Shown: positions 8,600 to 16,451 of the stretch, one piece after another
How the letters are laid out: each line of letters opens with the position of its first letter
How positions within the stretch are numbered: position 1 is the stretch's first letter
IMG/VR virus record: IMGVR_UViG_3300002460_000023
Span: 54,861 to 74,860 of that record
DNA: 20,000 nt
Strand: one strand, 5' to 3'
Source: an uncultured virus (IMG/VR IMGVR_UViG_3300002460_000023)
Taxonomy: Duplodnaviria > Heunggongvirae > Uroviricota > Caudoviricetes
Notes under the pieces: generated by a model
The model's input: only the letters and a program-made list of their open reading frames with translations
Database searches by the model: none
Told to the model about the DNA's origin: nothing
Translations under genes and position numbers: made by a program

Positions 8600-8710
8600 G
8601 CGTAGTCTCCTCTGGTAGAGACCTGGAAGGTTACTGTGAAGGGCAGGCACTCCAGAAAGTGCTTTTCGGTAGCGAACCTAGCCCTTCACAGACAGCTACC
8701 ACTAGGTAGC
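8600..8710 (-). promoter_or_regulatory. Structured cis-regulatory RNA leader of the HNH gene (three-way junction plus SD-sequestering hairpin)
   Basis: Perfect 11-bp stem 8634-8644/8681-8691 enclosing two hairpins; hairpin GTCTC/GAGAC (8605-8622) covering SD AGGAG; extra hairpin 8695-8710. Confidence 0.6.
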
Positions 8711-8715
8711 GCCTA

Positions 8716-10266
8716 TCACGATGCGAAGTCGAAGAGGTATCCGCAGGGAAGGTCTGCGGTCGGCCGGACACCCTTGAAGTCGCGACGGAGCGTCGCGATC
8801 ATGATGTTCCGCTGCTGCGACGGTCGGTTCTCCATTTCCACGGTCACGGCACGCTTCTCACCGAAGACGAAGCTGGGCCGGTGCACGAGCAGGCTCTGCG
8901 TCTTCGTCAGGGTTGTGCCGTCGTAGATGCCCGTAGCGTTGAGATCTGACCGCACGAACTCACTGACCACGATGTTCGACCCGTCGAACGATCCCATCGT
9001 GCCGCTGAAGATGGTCGCCCGAGACCCGAAAACGTCCTGCGTGATGACCTCGGCCAAGCTGAGCATCCGCAGGTACCCAGCCATGGAAACGATCCAGACC
9101 AAGTCCTCCGGCCGCATCCCGTAGCGACCCATCGCCTTGCGGACGTTGCGGTGGTTGACCGTGGTGAAGGCTTCGGTACCAGTGTTGGCGTCGATCTGTG
9201 CCGCTGCCCCTGCGAGCTTGCGGAGGCCACTCCACGCAGCCTTACGCACGTCATCAGGGTTGGCAGCGAAGTGCGCAGCCAGCCCGGTGTCGATGTGCGA
9301 AGCCGCTGTGTCCCCGTTGATGACCGCGTTTTCGATGCCGTCGGCCAGCCCGAGTACGATCTTCTCCCGAACCAGCGGGAGAACGGCGATGATCGAGTCT
9401 TCGACGAATTCGTAGGACAGGTTCACGCGCACCCCGAACGTCCGGGGGGTCAACGTGATCTGCCCCGTGGTGAAGTCGCTGGACCGCAGCGACCCGGGTT
9501 CGTCCGTGGTTGCTTCCTCAACGATGTAAGCCGTCGGCCTGCCGGTCGTTGTGGGCAGGATCATCGTCGGGGCCGTACCCATCGGGATGGTTCGGAACAG
9601 CCCGGCCACGAGGGTAGCCAGCCGGACTTCCTGGATCAGGTCGGCGGAATACTCCGTCGGAATCCACTCTGCGCCGGCCCCGGTGTTGCTCGTCGCAAGA
9701 GCCTTGATGGTCCCATCGGTCTTCCGGTAGCCGAACGCCTTCGTGACGTCCACATCGGCCCGTTTTGCAGCCTCATGCAGGGGCGTCAGAGCCTCCTGGA
9801 GACGGTGCCATGCCTTCAGGCCCTTGGTGCCCTTGATGTACTGCTCCGGAACCTCACCGCTGTTCTCGTCGATCTTGACGTTCTGAAGCTGCTTGCTAGC
9901 CCGCATCATCGCCAGCATGGTCACTTCGTCGTTCAGAGCCTGGATGTCCTTGATGTACGGGTCATCGCTCTGGCTCTGCATGACCTCGTGCACCGTCCCC
10001 CCGAACTTCCAGAAGGACTTGGACAGGTAGTAAGACGTGTCCGGATAGGCCGAAGCCTCTTCCCGGATCGAGCGCCGGTTCATCTCCCGCGCGATCTGCC
10101 GCTGGATTGGCATGACGTCTGTGAGCATGCGCTCACCGGTCTCCCGTGCGCCAGGAGAAAGATCGCCAGGAGCCGCGCCTACGTCTTCATTCTGGCGCTG
10201 GATCACCTGCTGCCCGGCCGTTGTCCCCCCAGCAAGCTCGCTTTGCAGTCTTTCCAACTCGGTCAT
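8716..10266 (-). CDS. Major capsid protein, HK97 fold, with long N-terminal delta/scaffold-like region
   Basis: 516 aa. KALATSNTGAGAEWIPTEYSADLIQEVR...LFRTIPM...AYIVEE...QITLTPRTFG...LSYEFVEDS...ENAVINGD...RRDF. Follows the prohead protease; strong codon bias; double stop TGA TAG. Confidence 0.95.
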   Translation of the reverse strand: MTELERLQSELAGGTTAGQQVIQRQNEDVGAAPGDLSPGARETGERMLTDVMPIQRQIAREMNRRSIREEASAYPDTSYYLSKSFWKFGGTVHEVMQSQSDDPYIKDIQALNDEVTMLAMMRASKQLQNVKIDENSGEVPEQYIKGTKGLKAWHRLQEALTPLHEAAKRADVDVTKAFGYRKTDGTIKALATSNTGAGAEWIPTEYSADLIQEVRLATLVAGLFRTIPMGTAPTMILPTTTGRPTAYIVEEATTDEPGSLRSSDFTTGQITLTPRTFGVRVNLSYEFVEDSIIAVLPLVREKIVLGLADGIENAVINGDTAASHIDTGLAAHFAANPDDVRKAAWSGLRKLAGAAAQIDANTGTEAFTTVNHRNVRKAMGRYGMRPEDLVWIVSMAGYLRMLSLAEVITQDVFGSRATIFSGTMGSFDGSNIVVSEFVRSDLNATGIYDGTTLTKTQSLLVHRPSFVFGEKRAVTVEMENRPSQQRNIMIATLRRDFKGVRPTADLPCGYLFDFAS

Positions 10267-10291
10267 TGTGTCATTCCTCTTTGGTTGAGTT

Positions 10292-10322
10292 TCTACTGGC
10301 GAACAGCCGGTGGTCCAGTAGA
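10292..10322 (-). other. Intergenic hairpin upstream of capsid RBS
   Basis: TCTACTGG...CCAGTAGA 8-bp inverted repeat immediately after the protease stop. Confidence 0.55.
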
Positions 10323-11699
10323 TTACGCCGCAGCCGCTAGCGGCCTTCCATTCAGGGAGATACCAGCCTTGCTGAGAACGCCCCGAACACGGAGCGCCTC
10401 TTCGTTCTTCCTCTCAGGGTCCATCGTGTCATCAGCGGCAACGGCAGAAAGCCGCTTACGTGCCGACGTGAGGAGGCCCTCCTTCTCGGCCTCCGTGAGC
10501 TGGGCCTTGACAACAGGCGTTGCCGGGGCGGGTTCAGACGTCACAACCGGAGCGATGACGGCTTTAACGGGCTCAGGCTTTGGCGCTTCCGGTGTAGAGA
10601 TTTCCGCGTTGGCGGTTTCCTCCCCGGAGATCAGCGTAAGCACCTTTGAGCACGCTGCCGACATGGTGCCGATTGCCTCGGACAGCCCCTTTGTCGCCAG
10701 GAGAACATCAGCCTTCTTCTGCTCCTCTGGCTTTGGGGCCTCATTGAAAGAACGCACCACGCTCACCAGCTCTGTGAGAAGTGCGTCCACGCCCTCTGCG
10801 CTCTCCAACTGCACACCGTGCGTAGAGCAGAGATTGGAAATCGCCTGCTCCGCACTCTTGGGCACAGCGTAGACCTTGAACATTTTGGCTCTTCCCTCCT
10901 TCCGTACCGGTTGGGCAACCGGTTGTTTGACCTGCCTCTTTGCGGATGCTACGGGAATCAGAAAGTCCTTTGCGGGGTAGAACACGAATGACTTACCGTC
11001 GAGCTCCCTCAGGCCAAACTGCGCCGCCACGATACGCTGTCTATCGTACGTGCGCACGTGGTCACCTGGGATTTCCTTAAGAGCCTTGGTAAGTCCACGG
11101 ATGTGGATGGAGCTCTTGGCAAGAGCCAGCCGGTTGGACGGCACAACCACCGGGGAAATCTCCAGAATCTCCACCTTGGTAAAAGTCCATCCGTCCTGTC
11201 CATCTAGGATGGGGTCCTTATCCAAAGCGATTGTGATCCACCCCGCGCTGAAAGCGTTCATAACACCGTCTTCGTACAAACTGAAGACTTCCAGCGCGAA
11301 CGGTGTCCGACCGAAGTTGGCCGTGGCCTCAAACGTGTCGTCTGTGAAAACAAAGTCAGACGCACGGGCTACCGCCGGAAACCAGTAGTTGTGACACCAC
11401 GGCATCACCGGGTTCTTCTTGTAAAGGGACAGCCTAGCCTTGAAGGCCTCAGGGACGATAACATCCCCATCACGGTCTACCGTTTTGGTCGAGGCCACAA
11501 ATGGGAAGGACCGGTTTTCGTGGTCCACTGCTCGGAAGCTCTTCTCAGAGCACGCCTTCAGGACAACAGGCGCCTTGCTGCCCTTGGTAGGGAGCAGTAC
11601 AGCCCAGTCATCCGGCCCCAGCGTTTCACGGCGGACAACACCATGTTCTACCAGCCGGGGTGAGTTGATCCCGTACTCTTCAAGGTTAAGGAGTTCCAA
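10323..11699 (-). CDS. HK97-family prohead protease with long C-terminal (scaffold-like) extension
   Basis: FVASTKTVDRDGDVIVPEAF...YKKNPVMPWCHN...NAFSAGW...EILEISPVVVPSNRLAL. Start placed at TTG 11699 because GGAGG lies 7 nt upstream (ORF track start 11738). Confidence 0.92.
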   Translation of the reverse strand: MELLNLEEYGINSPRLVEHGVVRRETLGPDDWAVLLPTKGSKAPVVLKACSEKSFRAVDHENRSFPFVASTKTVDRDGDVIVPEAFKARLSLYKKNPVMPWCHNYWFPAVARASDFVFTDDTFEATANFGRTPFALEVFSLYEDGVMNAFSAGWITIALDKDPILDGQDGWTFTKVEILEISPVVVPSNRLALAKSSIHIRGLTKALKEIPGDHVRTYDRQRIVAAQFGLRELDGKSFVFYPAKDFLIPVASAKRQVKQPVAQPVRKEGRAKMFKVYAVPKSAEQAISNLCSTHGVQLESAEGVDALLTELVSVVRSFNEAPKPEEQKKADVLLATKGLSEAIGTMSAACSKVLTLISGEETANAEISTPEAPKPEPVKAVIAPVVTSEPAPATPVVKAQLTEAEKEGLLTSARKRLSAVAADDTMDPERKNEEALRVRGVLSKAGISLNGRPLAAAA

Positions 11700-11706
11700 T
11701 GAGCTG

Positions 11707-11783
11707 CCTCCAAAAGAAAACACCCGAGCAAAGAACACCCGCCTTGTGCTGAAGCCTAGGCGGCGTGAACCTTGTCCGGGTGC
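11707..11783 (-). terminator. Terminator/attenuator-like long hairpin plus U-tract immediately before the protease SD
   Basis: Minus strand GCACCCGGACAAGG...CCGCCT-loop-AGGCGG...CTTTGCTCGGGTG followed by TTTTCTTTT, then GGAGG. Confidence 0.55.
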
Positions 11784-11818
11784 GGTACGCTGTTTACTCG
11801 TTACCCGAATCGGGGCTT

Positions 11819-12127
11819 TTACTCTTGGCCGTATCCCCGCAGGTCTATTGACTCTTCCTCAGAGATTTTCACGGCCTTGACAACTTCACCGTCAGCATTC
11901 AATGTAAACTGTATGCTGACGGTACCAAAGTCTGGAACGTTAAGGTGGTCGAGCACGTGAGCGTACCCGGCGCACAGCTTGGGGTCTTTGTGAAGACAAG
12001 GGTATATAACCTGTAGAGACCTGACGAACCCGTCGTGTCGGCACACACGGATAGTGGCTGCCGTGTTATTCTGAAGACCTACTACCCGAAGAAAGGCCGC
12101 GAGCTCTTGTAGAGCCTCATTCGGCAC
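11819..12127 (-). CDS. Small hypothetical protein, DUF2292/YezD-like (possibly two tandem units)
   Basis: Start moved to GTG 12127, downstream of the predicted promoter with a purine-rich SD-like sequence. Motifs TIRVCRHDGFVRSLQV and DFGTVSIQFTLNADGEVVKAVKISEEESIDL resemble the FG.V.I...DG.V..I...E...L pattern. Confidence 0.55.
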   Translation of the reverse strand: MPNEALQELAAFLRVVGLQNNTAATIRVCRHDGFVRSLQVIYPCLHKDPKLCAGYAHVLDHLNVPDFGTVSIQFTLNADGEVVKAVKISEEESIDLRGYGQE

Positions 12128-12164
12128 AGCCTTCAACCTTCCAGTGTGTGCGCTGCGCAATGGT

Positions 12165-12203
12165 AATATACCTCACCCTAGATTTTTTGACAAGCAAAAA
12201 ATC
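12165..12203 (-). promoter_or_regulatory. Sigma70-type promoter with overlapping palindromic operator
   Basis: -35 TTGTCA (12193-12188), 17-nt spacer, -10 TATATT (12170-12165). Perfect 9-bp inverted repeat GATTTTTTG-N5-CAAAAAATC (12181-12203) spans the -35. AT-rich patch in a GC-rich context. Confidence 0.7.
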
Positions 12204-12217
12204 AGGTCGGGATAGCC

Positions 12218-12994
12218 TTAGACAAAAACGTCGGGGTTAGAACGAGTGGCGTAAGCGGCGAAGCACCTACACATGATCGAGTTTTCAGGGCGGCCGTTTA
12301 TATCCACGGGATACCGCAAGGGTTCGCCTGTAGCCATGAAAGGCTGCTCTACGTTCTGTTTCTCCAGGTCAGCATCAGCGTGTGACTTTCTAGCCCCCTG
12401 ATGAGACAGCCAGCATTTCCTCGTAATGAAACCGACCCCAACTTGCCGGACACCAGTGGCGGCACCTAGGTTTGCCCAACCGTTGGCTTCTGTGAAGGCT
12501 ATAACCCGATTGCGCTTGCCCCCGCGTAACCCATCATGGAATATAGCAGCCATAGCCTCACGGAGCCACGGATTGTCGTGCCCACCTACAGCAGCCTCCT
12601 CCAGCACCGCCTCTGCACGGCTGTAGGTTGTTCCGGTAATTCGATCAGACGAAACGGCTAATCGCTGTGACCTATCAAATAGCCACAAAGGTTCAACGGC
12701 AATACTATAGCTCTTGATTCCGCCTAGCAGCTCTGCATAGTGTGCCGCCCACAAAGTAGAAATTCGCTGGGCAACTGGCAGCATAACACCCTGCAGAGAC
12801 TTAGACTCAGTAGTCCTGTCGGGTAGGTGCACCGCCTCTGACTCTGCTACTGCTCTAACGAACCGGGCTCTTTGGCTAAGGAAGTAGCCGTGCATACGTT
12901 GGCTGAACATGGCAGCCACGGACACCACACGCGCTGAATGCCGAATCCGCACTATTTCGAGTCTTGCATCTCCGGGCATAGCCAAGGCCCCCAC
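12218..12994 (-). CDS. Head morphogenesis / minor capsid protein (SPP1 gp7, Mu gpF-like)
   Basis: ITGTT...RNRVIAFTEANGWAN...KCWLSHQGARKSHADAD...VEQPF...GEPLRYPVD...PENSIMCRC. Start uncertain (12994 or 12979). Confidence 0.85.
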   Translation of the reverse strand: MGALAMPGDARLEIVRIRHSARVVSVAAMFSQRMHGYFLSQRARFVRAVAESEAVHLPDRTTESKSLQGVMLPVAQRISTLWAAHYAELLGGIKSYSIAVEPLWLFDRSQRLAVSSDRITGTTYSRAEAVLEEAAVGGHDNPWLREAMAAIFHDGLRGGKRNRVIAFTEANGWANLGAATGVRQVGVGFITRKCWLSHQGARKSHADADLEKQNVEQPFMATGEPLRYPVDINGRPENSIMCRCFAAYATRSNPDVFV

Positions 12995-13260
12995 CCCGTT
13001 GCCTCAACGATTACCTTTAGGAGTTGCAGAGCCACCGGTGTTTCTAGAATGAACATTGGAAAGCCACCCGATCCCAGGATCTGAACGGTGCTGTTTACAC
13101 GGTCAAACCCATAACCAGAAACTTCACTGGTATCCCACGTAGCCACCTGTTCCGAGATGGGTACCGCATCGGCATCCTGGGAGGGACCAACAAGAACGGT
13201 GACCCAAATGCGGGCGTCCGCAAACTTGCAAACACGGAAATTCTCGCACTCGAAGGTCAC
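12952..13260 (-). CDS. Hypothetical protein
   Basis: 102 aa, GGAGG SD, GTGA overlap with the upstream gene; no recognised motif. Confidence 0.55.
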   Translation of the reverse strand: MTFECENFRVCKFADARIWVTVLVGPSQDADAVPISEQVATWDTSEVSGYGFDRVNSTVQILGSGGFPMFILETPVALQLLKVIVEATGWGPWLCPEMQDSK

Positions 13261-13706
13261 TTGGCAACAACCTCCCTAGCCCCTGGAGGGACACCAATCA
13301 TAAAGTGACAACCGATGCCGAGGTCAAGCTTCTTCGGGATACACCCTTGTTCCCACACGCTGGCCGCCGCACGCCGAAGTTCGTTAGCAACCTGCCTTCG
13401 GAAGTGGTAATCCAAAGCCATCAAACGAACGTGCTCGTGTTCCATCGACGCCCAACAGCTCTTTGCAGCTACAACAAGCCGGGGGTTAACCGCCAGAACT
13501 TCCATGCTGTTATCCCCAGCCCGGAAGAATCCAACTGCGACGTTCGTTGTTGAGTCAGACCGAACAAGCTCACGGTTTATAAGCGACACAGCCGCCGCCG
13601 TCAGATCCATTTGTGTCACATTGTGCCCCACCCACAGCAGGAAGGAAGGGTCGTTGATAAACTCAGGCTGTGAAACAAACTCTTTTCCTGGAACCATGTT
13701 ACGCAT
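13257..13706 (-). CDS. Hypothetical protein
   Basis: 149 aa, SD GGGAG, coupled to neighbours; no recognised motif. Confidence 0.6.
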   Translation of the reverse strand: MRNMVPGKEFVSQPEFINDPSFLLWVGHNVTQMDLTAAAVSLINRELVRSDSTTNVAVGFFRAGDNSMEVLAVNPRLVVAAKSCWASMEHEHVRLMALDYHFRRQVANELRRAAASVWEQGCIPKKLDLGIGCHFMIGVPPGAREVVAK

Positions 13707-14037
13707 CGGACTCCCTTTCGTCTACATATACCAGTGACGCCCTAACCTTCTCGTGCGATGGAATATCTTCAACTATCTCAAACCCGTAGCGGCTTCCGAC
13801 GGGGGTTATCACCGTAAACCGTTCACCCGCTTGCAGCCGAGTCCCTCTGAGAACCCTGCTGATGGTATCACCAACAAAGGTTGGTCGTAACGCTGGGTTG
13901 TTACAGAAAGCAGACAAGCAATCATAGGTAAAAGAAAACAGCTTGTCCTTGTCGACTTTGAATTCACAGCGAATAGCCTTTGTAGAAGAACGCTGTGGAA
14001 TATCAAAGACGATGCAGGTTTCTTGTTGTCCAAGCAT
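13699..14037 (-). CDS. Hypothetical protein
   Basis: Start moved to ATG 14037 (MLGQQETCIVFD...; GGAG SD) just after the portal stop; 112 aa. Confidence 0.6.
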   Translation of the reverse strand: MLGQQETCIVFDIPQRSSTKAIRCEFKVDKDKLFSFTYDCLSAFCNNPALRPTFVGDTISRVLRGTRLQAGERFTVITPVGSRYGFEIVEDIPSHEKVRASLVYVDERESDA

Positions 14038-14050
14038 TGACTGTCTCCGC

Positions 14051-15721
14051 TCAGTAGCCGTGCTTCTTGCTAAACCGTCTCTGCTGATACAAGGCAACCC
14101 TACCCGCCGGAGTGTACAAGACGGGGTTACGCGCCCGCTTCTCCTGGTATTTCGCAGACTTTTCTCGTCGGTGCTCTTCATACTCTGGGAAGAAACCAGG
14201 GTCTATTGGGGTACCATCACTAGGTTGCCTACCTTCAATGAGCTCCTGCGCTACCTTGATCCGTCTTGCTTCCTTGTAAGACTGCATCATGGCAACTCTT
14301 GTCTTAACAAGGCTTGAAAGGCGGGTACGGTTAAGCTCCTTGTCAATACGCTTCAGTATAGTGCTCAGGTAATCGGGGTTCAAATACCGCCCCGTGGTAC
14401 CCGCCTTTTCGTCGTCGCCACCGCTGTCACCGGCCGGTTCAGGAACGCGCGGCATTATGATTTCGCTGCCGTTAGTCGTCGCAACTGGTGCCTTATTCAA
14501 GTCTTCCCAGATAGTGTCGCCGCCTGGGAACGCGGTTAGATCAATGGCCGATACAAAGGTATTAACAACTGCTCGTGCCTCGTTGGCCGACAGGATACCC
14601 TTGTCCTTAAGGCTGGCAACAAACTCGCCCATCTCTTTCCACGGGTCCTGCAAAGCGGCGACACCGCTGTAGTCATACTTCCCAAAAGCCTTGACCCCCG
14701 GGAAGTTTCTCTTCAAATACTGCTGATTGAAGCACCGCTTGAATTGGCGATGCATAGGCTGGACCTTGTTACTCCAGAAGCTAAACCGCTGCTCACGGGC
14801 CACAGCATAGTTCATAGTCTCCAACCCAACCAGAATAGGGGGGACACGGAAGGCCCCCAGAATCTCAGCCCGGCTCATTTCATTGAGAGGCACAATAGCA
14901 AGGTCCTGCGGTTTCACCTGGATGTCGTGCCATTTGAGGCCAGAAGGAAGAATCATCGGCTGGAAAGCACGGTCAAGACCAACGTAGAGGTTACGGACCT
15001 CTTCCCGCAGTGTGTCACGCAGCTCGGGGGTGATGTTAGGCATGTCGGTTTCCAGCACCGCCGCCGGAATAGCCGCGTTTTCAAAGAATCGTCGGTAGAG
15101 CTTACGGCCGTCAAAGTCGCTATCAACAGAAAGACGGGCAGGCGCGAGGGGCGCAAGCCCGTAGAAGTCGTGCGTCGGGTTGAAATACTTGAAGTGTACG
15201 ATGTCCTCTGGTAGGAACCGCTCCTCAGACTGCCCAATCTTGTAGACGTACTCGCGCACCAGCTTACGGCTGTGCGGAACAATGTGAACTCGATCCGGCC
15301 GCAACCAGTAGGCTTCATCGCCTACTATTTCCCAGTAGGCATTGCCGATAAGCTCCAGCGCGACGTAGGTAGCCTCCTGGAGATCCTCGAATGACATAAA
15401 CTCATTCGGCATATCCAGGATTGGAACGTTCTGCATCCGCTCGGCTTCGGAGTCTGACTCGTCGTCTACGAGGTAGAAAGGCACGCTAGAAGCATTCGTA
15501 GAGGCAATCCACACGCATGCGTAGACCCACACGCTGTTGCTGAATACCGCCAGGAACTTCTCGTAGTCACGGGGAAGCGGCAAACCGTACGCCTGTAAAG
15601 CCTGAGACCCGTAGGTGTAATTACCCCCGATGGCAGCCAAGCCACGAGAGTCCTCCGGAGACTTCACAGAAATGCTGGTGCCAACAGGCACGAGTCCTAA
15701 GTCACTCGGAAGGAGACTCAT
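14051..15721 (-). CDS. Phage portal protein, HK97 family, with C-terminal extension
   Basis: WVYACV..., PNEFMS..., LELIGNAYWEI..., LRPDRV, EDIVHFKYFNPTHDFYGLAPL, FFENAAIPAAVL, ILPSGLKW, EILGAFRVPPILVG, GILSANEAR. Confidence 0.95.
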   Translation of the reverse strand: MSLLPSDLGLVPVGTSISVKSPEDSRGLAAIGGNYTYGSQALQAYGLPLPRDYEKFLAVFSNSVWVYACVWIASTNASSVPFYLVDDESDSEAERMQNVPILDMPNEFMSFEDLQEATYVALELIGNAYWEIVGDEAYWLRPDRVHIVPHSRKLVREYVYKIGQSEERFLPEDIVHFKYFNPTHDFYGLAPLAPARLSVDSDFDGRKLYRRFFENAAIPAAVLETDMPNITPELRDTLREEVRNLYVGLDRAFQPMILPSGLKWHDIQVKPQDLAIVPLNEMSRAEILGAFRVPPILVGLETMNYAVAREQRFSFWSNKVQPMHRQFKRCFNQQYLKRNFPGVKAFGKYDYSGVAALQDPWKEMGEFVASLKDKGILSANEARAVVNTFVSAIDLTAFPGGDTIWEDLNKAPVATTNGSEIIMPRVPEPAGDSGGDDEKAGTTGRYLNPDYLSTILKRIDKELNRTRLSSLVKTRVAMMQSYKEARRIKVAQELIEGRQPSDGTPIDPGFFPEYEEHRREKSAKYQEKRARNPVLYTPAGRVALYQQRRFSKKHGY

Positions 15722-15772
15722 CTATGTTCCCTCTGACCCCCGCCAGAGTACAGCGCCGCCCCAAACATAGGG

Positions 15773-16144
15773 CTATATAGTCAGCCCGGCAAGCCGGATG
15801 GCACCAAACACAACAATCGTCAAGACAACAGAGAGGGCCATAAGTATGATCCACCCAGCCCCGTGCCACCACAGGAGCTTCCCGCCGGCAGTAGTAGACG
15901 GCATTATCTTAGAAGTCAAGCAGACGTAAACGCTGAAGGCCGTGAAGATAACGTACATGAGCATGTTGGCAGTCACAGGAACTAGAATCAGTTGGTTCGG
16001 TGTGATTCTATCCTTCAGCAGCCACACAGCCAGAACACAAACGCCCATCGCCAGTGCCGCCACGATGGAACCAGCAATCAGAAGATGCTTGTGATGCTTT
16101 TGAACCAGCCCTTCTTGCTGCACAACACGCTCTAGTTCATTCAC
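15773..16144 (-). CDS. Membrane protein with three predicted TM helices (holin-like size/topology, unproven)
   Basis: 123 aa with three hydrophobic stretches (LLIAGSIVAALAMGVCVLAVWLL; LILVPVTANMLMYVIFTAFSVYVCL; AGWIILMALSVVLTIVVFGAI). Confidence 0.65.
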   Translation of the reverse strand: MNELERVVQQEGLVQKHHKHLLIAGSIVAALAMGVCVLAVWLLKDRITPNQLILVPVTANMLMYVIFTAFSVYVCLTSKIMPSTTAGGKLLWWHGAGWIILMALSVVLTIVVFGAIRLAGLTI

Positions 16145-16451
16145 GCCAATGCCTGTTTCTTATGGGTGTCAAACACCAGATGAATCCACCCCCGAGCTTC
16201 TGTAGCGAGTCATATTCAATCCGACTAAGCAACACGGGAGTGAACGTTGTCATAAACGGGCGCCAGCCGCAGGCCGGTATACCGAATTTCTTAAGAACCT
16301 GTGCAGAATCCGTATGGGTTGCCGACTCTATTAGAGGGGCAACCCAACCGAAATAGACAACCTTGTCGGGCAGAACGCGGGAAACCCAGAAGTCAGGCGG
16401 CTCCATCTTCGGCAGGGCCACCGTCGAGAACCGCTTCGGGAAACCCAACAT
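16137..16451 (-). CDS. Hypothetical protein (start uncertain; may begin at MEPP ~16406)
   Basis: Fills the gap between co-oriented genes with short overlaps; no motif. Confidence 0.45.
   Translation of the reverse strand: MLGFPKRFSTVALPKMEPPDFWVSRVLPDKVVYFGWVAPLIESATHTDSAQVLKKFGIPACGWRPFMTTFTPVLLSRIEYDSLQKLGGGFIWCLTPIRNRHWRE

Noticed and set aside
7846..8715. Group I intron or IscB/HEARO-type element around the HNH
   Set aside because: The capsid gene ends normally with a double stop, no split ORF or group I core is recognisable, the non-coding part is only ~115 nt, and no RuvC or PLMP motifs are seen.
8705..8720. Read-through or frameshift extension of the capsid protein
   Set aside because: Tandem TGA TAG stops and no obvious slippery sequence.
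9151..10872. 573-aa plus-strand ORF
   Set aside because: Antisense shadow of the capsid and protease genes, expected from their strong codon bias; no recognisable motifs.
12187..12220. Plus-strand promoter from the perfect TTGACA at 12187
   Set aside because: No acceptable -10 at 16-18 nt spacing and no plus-strand gene to drive.
14038..14181. N-terminal extensions given by the ORF track (13699..14181; similarly 17118, 19335, 11738, 12160, 19962)
   Set aside because: They overlap upstream genes or regulatory sites, and downstream starts have better SD sequences.
15773..16144. Firm holin call for the 3-TM protein
   Set aside because: Topology is compatible, but no endolysin or spanin is adjacent and I recognise no family motif.
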